DNA of 64,000 nucleotides from Alphaproteobacteria bacterium (GTDB lineage Bacteria; Pseudomonadota; Alphaproteobacteria; RF32; CAG-239): NCBI GenBank assembly GCA_900769705.1, contig CAAGHP010000020.1, positions 94,974 to 158,973 of the forward strand, read 5' to 3'. Shown piece by piece: positions 19,749 to 29,251 of this stretch (position 1 is its first letter; each line of letters starts with the position of its first letter). The notes under the pieces were generated by a model. It saw only the letters and a program-made list of their open reading frames with translations, ran no database searches and was not told where the DNA came from. The position numbers and the translations under genes were made by a program.

Positions 19749-20455
19749 TATCTTATTTCTCCTTCAATACGGGGAGCATCTGATTTTATATCGGCAACAA
19801 TGGTTTCGCCGCCGATTAAATATTGTCCGATGCAAACTTGCGGCTCAATTTTTTCTGGCAGATACAAGTCAACATATCCGCCAAATCGAATAAAACCGAA
19901 ACGCTGGCCGGCAGCAAACTCATCGCCTTTTTTCAAATAAGAAACAATACGCTTGCTGCAGAACAGAGCTGTCTGCTGTAACACAAATTCTATGCCGCTG
20001 CTATGTTTTATAGCAATCAGCATTCTTTCATTTTTGATATCATTTTTAGCAGTTGAACCTGAAAAATTTTTTCCAGCATCATAAAATGTTTTACTGATAA
20101 TGCCTTTAATCGGAAAGCGGTTAATATTTACATCAAACGGACTGATATAAAGGCTTATTTTGGTGTAATTTTTACGGTCAAGTCCCAAAGAAGTCGGGCC
20201 TTTTTCACGGTTTATAGCTACAACATAACCGTCGGACGGAGCAATAACTGCTCCGGATAAAACCGGTGTAACTCTTACAGGATCGCGAAAACTGTAAAAG
20301 CACCAAACAGTGATTAAAAATGAAAGGCATCCGAGCGGAAACCAGATAATCGCTGAAATCAACGATATAAAAGCTAAAATGCTGACAAATTTCCACCCGT
20401 CTTCATTTATATTCGGAAAAAAATAATGATGAAGCGATGTGTCGACAGATTTCAT
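19748..20455 (-). CDS. psd: Phosphatidylserine decarboxylase, short (type II) form. See the finding on its processing motif.
   Basis: FRDP.R..P.....V.APSDG N-region and C-terminal RFGFIRFGGYVDLYLP aligning to the LGST region. The psd–pssA operon is as in other alphaproteobacteria. Confidence 0.75.
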   Translation of the reverse strand: MKSVDTSLHHYFFPNINEDGWKFVSILAFISLISAIIWFPLGCLSFLITVWCFYSFRDPVRVTPVLSGAVIAPSDGYVVAINREKGPTSLGLDRKNYTKISLYISPFDVNINRFPIKGIISKTFYDAGKNFSGSTAKNDIKNERMLIAIKHSSGIEFVLQQTALFCSKRIVSYLKKGDEFAAGQRFGFIRFGGYVDLYLPEKIEPQVCIGQYLIGGETIVADIKSDAPRIEGEIR

Positions 20456-20621
20456 TTTTTTCTCCCCAAAGAATACCGAAACGCTGTTTCTGCTGTATTC
20501 TCAAGTTAATATAGAGGAATGTCTTTCCTCTTTCCGCTATTCAATTAAGCATATTTTGCAAAAAAAGACAAGTTTTATGTTGCAAATGTCAAAAAATTTA
20601 TGTATATAACAAAAATGTGAT

Positions 20622-20708
20622 GCGCTTGTGGCGGAATCGGTAGACGCTGCAGACTTAAAATCTGTTGGGATTTATCCCGTGCCAGTTCAAGTCTGGCCTA
20701 GCGCACCA
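20622..20708 (+). tRNA. tRNA-Leu (anticodon TAA), type II with long variable arm
   Basis: Acceptor gcgcttg/ctagcgc with one mismatch. Anticodon stem gcaga/tctgt, loop cttaaaa. T-loop ttcaagt. Ends ACCA. Confidence 0.85.
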
Positions 20709-20724
20709 ATTAAAAATTGCTTTC

Positions 20725-20746
20725 CCTCGGGAGGGCTTTTTTTGTG
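20725..20746 (+). terminator. Terminator after tRNA-Leu
   Basis: ccctcgggaggg hairpin followed by cttttttt. Confidence 0.5.
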
Positions 20747-20841
20747 AAAAAAACAACAACTAATACACATATGTCCGCTAATGAGGCGGATTTTTTTTAT
20801 TTAAAAATTTTCTTTTAAGTGGTTAAGATGTTGACAAAATA

Positions 20842-21081
20842 TTGACAATGTTATACTATATTAGCAGTTGTTTTATTTTTATATATTTAATAATTATGAT
20901 TGCTGTTTATTGTATATTGCTTGTGGTTTGTACATTTATTTATCTTGGTTTGCTGGAAATGACAAATAAGGTAGAATATGAAAACCGTTATAAAGAAAAT
21001 AAAAAAACATCTTGGAAAATAACAAAATGGTATGTAATAGCAATGATTTTAATAACAATTTATTGTTTTTATGTATGTTAA
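20842..21081 (+). CDS. Hypothetical small membrane protein (79 aa, very AT-rich). Possibly not a real gene.
   Basis: ORF only. Two predicted TM helices. Confidence 0.2.
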   Translation: MTMLYYISSCFIFIYLIIMIAVYCILLVVCTFIYLGLLEMTNKVEYENRYKENKKTSWKITKWYVIAMILITIYCFYVC

Positions 21082-21122
21082 AATAGATATCCACCTTTTT
21101 ACCGGTGGATATCTATTTTTTA
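21079..21122. terminator. Perfect 16-bp palindrome serving as a bidirectional terminator downstream of the autotransporter gene
   Basis: aaaatagatatccacc-tttttacc-ggtggatatctatttt, T-rich on both sides. Confidence 0.55.
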
Positions 21123-21147
21123 AACCATATCAACACATTTAAAATCT

Positions 21148-24100
21148 TTAGAACTTATAACCTAAATTGAACAGATAGTAAACATTGCTCTTTTGTTCCA
21201 ACGGAGCGTTTACCGCGGCGCTGAGCGAAAGTTTTTTATAGTCGTACTGCGCCTTTACGGTTAATAAACCGCTGTTGCGCTGCAAACGGTTGCTGCTGAT
21301 TTGATATGAGCCGAGCATATTATCCATGGTCGCCATTGTTGAATATTTATTGCCAAATTCATGGAAATAGCGTCCGCCGGCAGTTAGTAAAACAGATTGT
21401 TCTTTGTCAAGTTCAAACTCTTTCTTAATATCCATACCGATAACAGATTGAACTGACGTAACTTTATCGCTGTCGGCTTTTAGTCCGTTGTTGCTTTCTT
21501 TTAAGTCGTCAACGTTTACTTCGGTAATATTAGCGCCGATAACCGGTTCAATTTGCGCAACATCTATATCTATAGTTTGACGGGCTTCAGCGTCAACACC
21601 ATAATAGTAGTTGGTTAAATCAGCCTTATAGGCTTTATCAATGCCGTTACGGCTGTAGTGACCTTTACCGAAACCTACTTTAGGTTTAGCCAAAGCGCGG
21701 AAATTATCGTTAGTGTAAGTCAGCGGAGCAAAAACTTCCAGCACATTGTTATAACGAGATGAATCATCATCAAAATCGCTGTCGCTGCGAGCCGCCGCCG
21801 CACCGAAACCGGCGCGCCAGTTGTTGGAAATTTGATAATCGCTGAAACCATAAACCGCTGTCACCTTGTCTTTGTAGCCGGAAACATTGTTTTTGTTGTC
21901 AAACTCTTGCTGATAAGCCATAACATTAACTTTAGCGCGGTTGATTTCATCGGTTTGCACTAAAATCTCATCATTAGCCGCGCGGTTAATATTTGAAAAC
22001 AAATCCAAGTCTTGTTTTGCCAAATTTGAAACCATACTAAAGCCAAATTCGCGGTTTATAGCCGTATCAAAAGCCGTAGCCGTAGCTGCGCCTTTTAAGG
22101 TGTTGAAAACGCCCTCGCCTTTTTGCGCCGCATAGTTAGTGCTTAAATAAGAAGCCAATTCTTTATCAGCAACAGTTTCGTCAAACGATTTCATAGTCAT
22201 AATAACATCGGTGTTTCCGGATTCGTTGGCAGCTTTTTCAGCATTAAACATATAAGAACCGGAAATCACATTTAAACCTGAGTCTTTTCCGATAAAGGAG
22301 TTATCGTTGCGGTAAGTCGTTTCAAATCCGCTTTGGGTAATATCAGCATCGGCTGTAACCGTACCTTTTAAGGCCGGAGCCGTATAGGTTCCATTTTTAC
22401 TGATGGCAATAATACCGGCATCTTTTGTCGAAGCATCAAAATCAAAAACATCATTATACATTACCGTGCCGTGATTTTTAAACACAGAATTGCTTTGTAC
22501 CATCATAAATCCTGAGCTGGATTGAGTTACAGTGCTTTCTTCACAGTCCATGCCGCTGCACAGTTCAGCGCCGTTTACAGCGTCTATAATACCGTTATTG
22601 GTTGCGGTTCCGCCTTCATTTACTATAATGCCGTAAGATGTGCCGGATTGATTATTTTGGTTTATATAAATTCTGCCGTCGCTGTCGTTGGTAAAAGTTC
22701 CGCCTGCAACTCTTACACCGGCTGAATTTGTACCGTAAACGTGAATTTTGCCTTTATTGGTAACTTCACCTTTTTCAATATAAATACCGGTGCCGCGGTC
22801 AACAAAATCTGTAATAATCACATTTCCGGAATCATCAAAACTGCCGGTACCGATGGTAATAAGTCCGCTGTTTTCAAATTTAGCTTCTTCGCCGGTAACT
22901 TTTACACCATAGCCGTTATTGCCAATAACTGTTATATTGCCGGTGTTTTTGCCTTCTCCCCCGCTGACAGACATAGCCGTGCTGCCGGTTCCCGTCACTT
23001 TTATGTTGGAATTGTTGGTCGTTTTTCCGGCGGTTTCAATGCCGGTGCTGTAGTTTGTGCCGACTTCAATAGAGCCGTTGTTTTCAACAGTTCCTTCATC
23101 CGAAACAGAAACAGCCGTATTGCCGCTTCCGCTGTTGTTGCTGCCCAAAACCAACTCAATGTTGCTATTGTTGGTAAAAGTGCCTTTACCGGCAATAACC
23201 GCAGTGCTGTTGTTTGTGTTATTCAGGCGCAAAGTACCGTTATTGGTAATTTTTGTGCCTGTGCCGCCTGACGAAGCGTTAATGATATTGCCTTTTTCAG
23301 TAATAGATATCTGCACATTGTCATTGACTGTTAAAGAAGCATTATCCATCAGTTTAGCTAATGTTCCTTGTTCAAAGCTCATGCTTTTTTTCAAGGTTAA
23401 ATCACCGACTACCAGAAAATATGTCATGGTTGAAGATGCTTCGGTGCTGCAATTTTCATCTGTAGTCGGATCGCAGATATTAACATTGCCTATATTATCA
23501 ATCACGGCTTTGCCGCTGATTTGGAATACAGTAGCGTTAGTGCCAAAAATTTTAATAATATTGTTTTTTATAACAGCGCCGTCTTGCAGCTCGCCGGTGC
23601 CGGCTGAATAAATACCGATATTATTATCTCCGTAAAGATTTATAACGCCGTTATTATATATATAACTATTTCCGGTGGCGTAAATGCCAAACGAATATTT
23701 ACCGTTTACGTTTATTATGCCTGTTTTATCATTGATAACGTTGGCAATTCCGCTTGCATCGCTGGCCATGCCTACAGAATAATCTGTTCCGACATCAATG
23801 CTGCCTTGATTTGTCATTTTTGCTGTGGAAATAACATCTTTATCCATATACATACCGGCATTATTGAAATTAGTACCGTTTGAAGTTAAAATTATTTTAC
23901 CGGTATTGGTTGCCGTTCCTTGTTTTGAAGATACAGTCATTGCCGAAGTATGCGCTGATGACAAGTTAATAGTACCGGAGTTGGTTATGGTTTCGGTTTC
24001 GGATGAGGCAACAGATGAAGTGGATGACGGAGATTTTGTGTTCATCACACTTTGTTTTACGGTTAAAGTGAATTTGTCGGCCAAAGTGGCTGCTTCGCTA

Positions 24101-26289
24101 GAAGAGCTAGAGCCGGAAGAGCTTGATGATGAAGATTCATCATTCATAGTGGCATCGTAAATGATAGTGCCGGCATTTAGCAAGTTACTGTAATTTCCAC
24201 TGAAAACATTGGTGCCGATAGCGTTTTTATAAACATGTATTGTACCGTTGTTTATCAGATTTGTTCCACCGCTGTAGTTGTTTAGGAGGGCTGTTGATTT
24301 GTTTGAATAAATGTTAATCTGCCCGTTATTTACCAAAGCTGCCAGTGTGCTGTCGCCGGAGCCGTACATGGCAATATTGTTGGTATAGCGGGTATTATCG
24401 CTGGATCCTAAAGTAATTGTTCCGTTTTTATCATTCAGCAATGTTCCGCCGTTATATGAAGCCATTCCAAAGCCGTTGCTGGCGTTTAACTGAATATTGC
24501 CTTTATTGGTAACTGTTTGCTTGGTTGTGGTATATAATCCGGATACCGAACCTGAGCCTTCAACTGCAAGCATACCGTATGTCATACGCTGGTTGTCGCC
24601 GTTAGTCTGAATGGTAATATTTCCGGTGTTGGTAATGCTTCCGCTGTGTACAGACTGCATGCCGGCGGCGACGGCAACAGAGTCTGATGAGTTTTTTGAT
24701 TCGGAGCTGTCATCTAAAGTAATATTTATTTTTCCGCTGTTGGTTGCTGTTGTATTGGCATCTGTTCGCATTCCGACAATTCCGCCCAAGCCTTTGCGCA
24801 AAGTTTTGGTCGTGTCAAAAGTGTATTGTCCGGTATATCCCAAATCTATGATACCGCTGTTGTTCAAAACAGATTTATCTGCTCTTTGAATATTTTTTGA
24901 ACCATTTAAAAATCCATCGTCCAAATAGCTTCCCATACCGATAATGTTCACTTTAATTTCCGAGGCGGCAGCTCCGGCATCGCCGGCGCTGAGTTTTATG
25001 GTGCCGCTGTTTGAAGCTGTGTTGGTTTGGTTAATGGCTTGCGAACCGGTATTCAGTATCATTGTTTCCATACCGACAATAGTGCCTGATACGGATGTAA
25101 CTTCCTTAGAAGTGCTGTCAGAATCTTTATCTTGAGCAAAAATACCATTTAAAATACCGTTTAAAATACCGCCCGAAGAACTGCTGTTTTCAGAATCATT
25201 TTTAGTAGGGTCGCTGATTGCTTTGATAGCTGAACCGTTAATTTCTCCTGTATTTATAATTTGCGAGCCGTTATCGGCATACATACCGATAATCGTGTTG
25301 TTTTCGGTATATCCGGAAAAATTAAGATTGATACCGTTGGCATCAGGGTCTTGAATAACCCCTTTCCCGTTATTATATGCAATGGAATTGTTGCTGGCAA
25401 TCATTGCTACCGAATTATTAAATGCATCAACATTTATATAGCCATTGTTGGTAATTGTACTTTTGCGGATTGCCGCCATTGCCGCCGAACCTTCGCCGGC
25501 GGTTATTTTAGTGTTTAGACTGTTTGTATATGAGCCGCCGTCAAGGGCTTCCAAGCCAACATCCATATATTTACCGGCTTCCAGCACATTTTTATTGAAG
25601 TTAATTTTAGCAATTTCCGCTGTTTTTGTATTTTTTATTTTTAATAAGCTGCTGTTGACTGCTGTTCCGGTGGTTGATTTTGCCACAGAGCCTTGTGAGC
25701 CTAATGTTTCGCCTATATAATTATTGGTTTCGGTTTCAGAGCTGCTGCCGCCACCGCCGCCTCCGCTCATTGCTAATGCGGCAATACCTCCGCCGACAGC
25801 CAAGCCACCAAGCAGCCACCAGGTTGTAGATGAAATTTTGTATTTTTCCTTGCCCATTGTTCCATAAGCTTCACGAGGGGTTGCGGTTACGGAAACAGCT
25901 TTGGAATTGTTTACAAAATCTTCATAATATTCTATTTTTTGCACGCATGGGTGGCGAGGGTTGGCTCCGGCGGCGCGGAAAGCGTTGTAGGTGTAAGCAT
26001 CTCTATTTTGTGCGGCGACGCAAAGTCCGGTGTCGCCGTTTTGGTTGATACTGTCAATATTCATACCGCGGCGGACAGAGGCTCTCAGAGCTTCAACTTC
26101 GCCGTTTTGTGCAAGATTATACATTTTATTAAAAGACAACGGCGACAAATTATAGGCCTCAACTTCAGGTGTGGCTATAGCCAGACTGAAAGACGCTAAA
26201 GACAGCAAACCAACGGTTTTTAGTATTATTTTGTTATTAAACATACAAACCCTCGTAAAAAATAGAAATTTGCTTTTAGAATAGGCCAA
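21148..26289 (-). CDS. Very large autotransporter / surface adhesin. It has a C-terminal beta-barrel translocator, a repetitive G-T/N-rich passenger domain, and an N-terminal ankyrin-like segment with a hydrophobic stretch.
   Basis: 1713 aa. The C-terminus ends ...YYLFNLGYKF, with alternating-hydrophobic beta-strand patterning over the last ~280 aa. The passenger is full of GTxTNxGxI-type repeats and poly-Ser/Gly tracts (SSSSSSGSSSSSE, GGGGGGSSS). The N-terminal signal is probably at the internal Met (MFNNKIILKTVGLLSLASFSLAIA). Confidence 0.8.
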   Translation of the reverse strand: MAYSKSKFLFFTRVCMFNNKIILKTVGLLSLASFSLAIATPEVEAYNLSPLSFNKMYNLAQNGEVEALRASVRRGMNIDSINQNGDTGLCVAAQNRDAYTYNAFRAAGANPRHPCVQKIEYYEDFVNNSKAVSVTATPREAYGTMGKEKYKISSTTWWLLGGLAVGGGIAALAMSGGGGGGSSSETETNNYIGETLGSQGSVAKSTTGTAVNSSLLKIKNTKTAEIAKINFNKNVLEAGKYMDVGLEALDGGSYTNSLNTKITAGEGSAAMAAIRKSTITNNGYINVDAFNNSVAMIASNNSIAYNNGKGVIQDPDANGINLNFSGYTENNTIIGMYADNGSQIINTGEINGSAIKAISDPTKNDSENSSSSGGILNGILNGIFAQDKDSDSTSKEVTSVSGTIVGMETMILNTGSQAINQTNTASNSGTIKLSAGDAGAAASEIKVNIIGMGSYLDDGFLNGSKNIQRADKSVLNNSGIIDLGYTGQYTFDTTKTLRKGLGGIVGMRTDANTTATNSGKINITLDDSSESKNSSDSVAVAAGMQSVHSGSITNTGNITIQTNGDNQRMTYGMLAVEGSGSVSGLYTTTKQTVTNKGNIQLNASNGFGMASYNGGTLLNDKNGTITLGSSDNTRYTNNIAMYGSGDSTLAALVNNGQINIYSNKSTALLNNYSGGTNLINNGTIHVYKNAIGTNVFSGNYSNLLNAGTIIYDATMNDESSSSSSSGSSSSSEAATLADKFTLTVKQSVMNTKSPSSTSSVASSETETITNSGTINLSSAHTSAMTVSSKQGTATNTGKIILTSNGTNFNNAGMYMDKDVISTAKMTNQGSIDVGTDYSVGMASDASGIANVINDKTGIINVNGKYSFGIYATGNSYIYNNGVINLYGDNNIGIYSAGTGELQDGAVIKNNIIKIFGTNATVFQISGKAVIDNIGNVNICDPTTDENCSTEASSTMTYFLVVGDLTLKKSMSFEQGTLAKLMDNASLTVNDNVQISITEKGNIINASSGGTGTKITNNGTLRLNNTNNSTAVIAGKGTFTNNSNIELVLGSNNSGSGNTAVSVSDEGTVENNGSIEVGTNYSTGIETAGKTTNNSNIKVTGTGSTAMSVSGGEGKNTGNITVIGNNGYGVKVTGEEAKFENSGLITIGTGSFDDSGNVIITDFVDRGTGIYIEKGEVTNKGKIHVYGTNSAGVRVAGGTFTNDSDGRIYINQNNQSGTSYGIIVNEGGTATNNGIIDAVNGAELCSGMDCEESTVTQSSSGFMMVQSNSVFKNHGTVMYNDVFDFDASTKDAGIIAISKNGTYTAPALKGTVTADADITQSGFETTYRNDNSFIGKDSGLNVISGSYMFNAEKAANESGNTDVIMTMKSFDETVADKELASYLSTNYAAQKGEGVFNTLKGAATATAFDTAINREFGFSMVSNLAKQDLDLFSNINRAANDEILVQTDEINRAKVNVMAYQQEFDNKNNVSGYKDKVTAVYGFSDYQISNNWRAGFGAAAARSDSDFDDDSSRYNNVLEVFAPLTYTNDNFRALAKPKVGFGKGHYSRNGIDKAYKADLTNYYYGVDAEARQTIDIDVAQIEPVIGANITEVNVDDLKESNNGLKADSDKVTSVQSVIGMDIKKEFELDKEQSVLLTAGGRYFHEFGNKYSTMATMDNMLGSYQISSNRLQRNSGLLTVKAQYDYKKLSLSAAVNAPLEQKSNVYYLFNLGYKF

Positions 26290-26364
26290 AGAATTTAAAT
26301 TTTGATTAAAGATATTTAGTTGAATAAAAAAAGCCCTGTTTCACATGAAACAAGGCTGAAGAGA

Positions 26365-26853
26365 TTAGTTGTTATTAGTTGTGTTAATTGCAATTTTTTT
26401 AAATTTTTGTTTTTCTACCGATGTTTTTGGTATCAAAACATTCAGCACGCCATTTTTATATGTGGCAGCAGCATTGTCATAGGCCAAATCCCATGGTAAA
26501 GGGATTGTTCTTTTAAACATTCCGTATGAAATTTCTGAAAAATAGGAATCTTTGCTTGAAGCTGAATTGGTATTTTTCTTTTCTCCGCTGATTGATAAAT
26601 ATCCGTCGGCGGAAATTTGTAAATCCAAATCATTTTCCTCAATTCCGGGAAGTTCGGCCGTTATGGAAACCGCATCTTTGTTTTCAGCAACTTGAATATG
26701 CGGTTCTAAATCTTCGGTAAAACTTTCGGGAAAATCCTGATAATTCCAAAAATAATTCATAAAATTGTTTAAATCATTGTTAGTCCGGCTATGCGCTGCA
26801 ACTTCGGAATGGCGGCTGCGGCTGTTGGCGCCGCCGGCCGTCATATTTTTCAT
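26365..26853 (-). CDS. Hsp20/alpha-crystallin family small heat-shock protein
   Basis: Alpha-crystallin domain ...PHIQVAENKDAVSITAELPGIEENDLDLQISADGYLSISGEKK...FKRTIPLP...A.YKNGVLNVLIPK. Confidence 0.85.
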   Translation of the reverse strand: MKNMTAGGANSRSRHSEVAAHSRTNNDLNNFMNYFWNYQDFPESFTEDLEPHIQVAENKDAVSITAELPGIEENDLDLQISADGYLSISGEKKNTNSASSKDSYFSEISYGMFKRTIPLPWDLAYDNAAATYKNGVLNVLIPKTSVEKQKFKKIAINTTNNN

Positions 26854-26862
26854 CTGCTATAC

Positions 26863-27006
26863 CTATTTGCTGATGGAAATTTCATCAATTTCTTCCATTT
26901 CCGAAGCAGAATTGCTGCAACCGCAGCCGCAACTGCCTTTAGATACGGTAGGCTGAGCTTTTTGAGACGGCTTTTTGTTATCATATGATTTTGATTCTTT
27001 TTTCAT
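26863..27006 (-). CDS. Unannotated 47-aa ORF, MKKESKSYDNKKPSQKAQPTVSKGSCGCGCSNSASEMEEIDEISISK, immediately upstream of hsp20 and translationally coupled to it
   Basis: Hand translation. Strong SD (aaaaaaGGAGATaaaa ATG). The stop codon lies 10 nt before the hsp20 ATG. Below the 60-aa cutoff of the ORF track. Confidence 0.35.
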   Translation of the reverse strand: MKKESKSYDNKKPSQKAQPTVSKGSCGCGCSNSASEMEEIDEISISK

Positions 27007-27104
27007 TTTTATCTCCTTTTTTGTTGTACACATATAACATTTTGCTGTTACGCTGTAAGAGATAAATATGATTTGCCAAAATCAAAGATATCCGTTAGGT
27101 TAAT

Positions 27105-28670
27105 TTATTTTTTTGTTTCGTGATAGCTTTTTTCGGTATTAACCTGCCAAATAGCTGCTTTATCCGGAATTTCTCCTAAAATATGCTTTACGGCAGCAAA
27201 TGAGGTTGCCATTGAATGATCCATATTATTATAGCGGTGCTGGCCGTTGCGCCCCACGCAATAAAGATTTTCAAAGGAATTGAGGTATTCGCGCAGTTTA
27301 TCAATGTCTTTATAAGTATCAAAATAAGCGGGATAAGCTTTTTTAACTCGCTCTAAATGAGAATCCAGGACATCTTTTTCATTGGCTATAACGCCCATTT
27401 TTAAAAGTTCGTTTACACCCATGGTTTTCCATTCTGCCGGACTCATATTCCAATATTTGTCATTTTCGCTGCAGAAATATTCCAAGCCAATCCACACCGT
27501 TTCTTCCGGCTTTGCTACCAAGTACGGCGACCAGTTATTAAATATCTGAATCCGCCCCAGCTTTACACCGGTATCCTGCACATAAATCCAGCAATCTGGC
27601 ACAATATTGTTAAGAGTTTTAATTTTTGTTTTGTTCTTGAGATTCAGTTTTTTCAAAAGCAAACCGAGTGTAACAAAGTCTCGGTAAGGCAAACCGCGGG
27701 CAATACGTTCTATTTTGCTTGGTATGGCATCTATTCCGGCAGCTAAATCTTTGAGCGGCATAGATGAAATAACAATATCAGCCGGCAAGGAGAATTCTTT
27801 GCCGTCTTTGCGGTAAATAACTTCTTTAAATTCATTTTTCTTGGTTTTAAATTTGGTTGCCTTAGCATTTTTTATAATAATGCCGCCAATTTTTTCAAAT
27901 TCTGAAGCTGCAGTTTCCCAAAGCTGTCCAGGACCGTACTTAGGATAGCAGAACTCTTCAATCAAAGATGTTTCAACCTGTTTAGGCTTAATAAACAAGA
28001 TTTTGCCGAAAATATCTTTTATAATTGCTACAATAGACAGCCCTTTTACTCGTTGTGCGCCCCAGTCGGCCGAAATATCGCGCGGATGCCTGCCCCAAAG
28101 CTTTTCAGTATAGCCTTCAAAAAACATTGAATATAATTTGCGTCCGAAACGATTTATATAAAAATTTTCCAAAGATGTTTCCGGTAATTTCCTCAAAATA
28201 GCGAATATATAGCTGAAACCGGCCTGCATGGTAGTAAACAGCCCCATGTTTATAATTGTGTTAAGATTCATTTTTACCGGATAATCAAAAAATTTACGTT
28301 TATAATAAATGCGTGAAATACGGCGGCGTTTCAGCATAACAATATTTTCTTTTTCCGGATTCGGGCCGTTCGGATTTAATTCCGGCAGACGTCCGGTTTT
28401 TATATCATCCAAAGATGGAGCTCCCTGCAGTGGCATAAGGTTGTTCCACCAGCGTGTAACTTCAGGATCTTTAGAAAAAAAACGGTGTCCGCCGATATCC
28501 ATGCGGTTGCCGTTGTAGCGCACGGTGCGGGAGATGCCTCCTATCGTTTCGCTTTCTTCTAAAATTGTTACCTGATAGTCTTTCGATTTTTTCAAAAGTT
28601 CAAAACCTGCAGTTAAACCGGCAGGTCCGGCACCTATAATTACAACCTTTTTCATAGTGGCTCCTTTCAC
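27105..28670 (-). CDS. FAD-dependent oxidoreductase (amine-oxidase/PPOX/Glf-like Rossmann superfamily)
   Basis: N-terminal dinucleotide fold [15 protein letters not shown] ... ILEE....GG and C-terminal [22 protein letters not shown]. 521 aa. Confidence 0.55.
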   Translation of the reverse strand: MKGATMKKVVIIGAGPAGLTAGFELLKKSKDYQVTILEESETIGGISRTVRYNGNRMDIGGHRFFSKDPEVTRWWNNLMPLQGAPSLDDIKTGRLPELNPNGPNPEKENIVMLKRRRISRIYYKRKFFDYPVKMNLNTIINMGLFTTMQAGFSYIFAILRKLPETSLENFYINRFGRKLYSMFFEGYTEKLWGRHPRDISADWGAQRVKGLSIVAIIKDIFGKILFIKPKQVETSLIEEFCYPKYGPGQLWETAASEFEKIGGIIIKNAKATKFKTKKNEFKEVIYRKDGKEFSLPADIVISSMPLKDLAAGIDAIPSKIERIARGLPYRDFVTLGLLLKKLNLKNKTKIKTLNNIVPDCWIYVQDTGVKLGRIQIFNNWSPYLVAKPEETVWIGLEYFCSENDKYWNMSPAEWKTMGVNELLKMGVIANEKDVLDSHLERVKKAYPAYFDTYKDIDKLREYLNSFENLYCVGRNGQHRYNNMDHSMATSFAAVKHILGEIPDKAAIWQVNTEKSYHETKK

Positions 28671-28806
28671 TTTTTATATAAGTCATTATAATCTGCTAAA
28701 TTTTACAGATTGGTTAATACCGGCAAAATGTTTATTAAAACTCTTGCCTTTTAATTTATAACAAACTAAATAAATTATTAGAATAAACGTATAATAAGGA
28801 ATTATA

Positions 28807-29211
28807 ATGAAAAAAGTTTTTTGCTTTCACTGTCAAAAAGATGTTTCTCCGCTGAAATTTTGGAAATGGCAGTTTTGCCCGCATTGTCTTCATCAGACCA
28901 AAGATAACGGCGAAGGTTTATATTTGGTGTGCGATAAATGCGGAGCGAATATTCCGGTTGATTCTTTTTATTGCTTAAAATGCGGGCACGGCGTCAACGG
29001 GCATGCTGATAATGAAAATATCTTACTGCTGCCTGAGCAAAAGTCTTTGTTGCAATGGCTGAAAGAAATTGGCTTATTTGTCTTTTCAATTTTGTTAGCC
29101 GCCGGAATACTGTATGTTTCAGTCTATTTTTTATTGATAGTACTGGCTCTTATTTTGGTTATTGGCCTTGGTTGTATGATTTACAGCGGATTTAAGCAAA
29201 AAAGATTTTAA
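28807..29211 (+). CDS. Double zinc-ribbon protein with two C-terminal TM helices
   Basis: CFHC...CPHC and CDKC...CLKC pairs, then the hydrophobic LFVFSILLAAGILYVSVYFLLIVLALILVIGLGCMIY. Confidence 0.45.
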   Translation: MKKVFCFHCQKDVSPLKFWKWQFCPHCLHQTKDNGEGLYLVCDKCGANIPVDSFYCLKCGHGVNGHADNENILLLPEQKSLLQWLKEIGLFVFSILLAAGILYVSVYFLLIVLALILVIGLGCMIYSGFKQKRF

Positions 29212-29218
29212 AATTAAA

Positions 29219-29246
29219 AAAGCTCTCCTTATCGAGAGCTTTTTTA
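29219..29246. terminator. Bidirectional intrinsic terminator
   Basis: aaaaagctctccttatcgagagctttttt. Confidence 0.55.
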
Positions 29247-29251
29247 GATAA

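Noticed and set aside
20040-20070. FSGST sequence in Psd as the real pyruvoyl-forming site
   Set aside because: It is not in the region that aligns with the canonical LGST motif (which here reads FGGY). It sits in a variable, non-homologous segment. It is mentioned only as an alternative in the finding.
21941-25720. Numerous 60-180-aa ORFs antisense to the autotransporter gene (22741-23271, 23057-23611 and others)
   Set aside because: They lie wholly inside a long, repeat-rich sense ORF. Their low-complexity translations (poly-V/A/L/F) are the expected by-product of antisense reading of G/T/N-rich repeats.
26905-26945. Short GC-rich tandem-like repeat gcaaccgcagccgcaactgc as a CRISPR or other repeat array
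   Set aside because: It is a single imperfect duplication inside the coding sequence of the 47-aa micro-ORF (encoding CGCGC). There are no spacers or further repeat units, and no CRISPR-like array elsewhere in the window.
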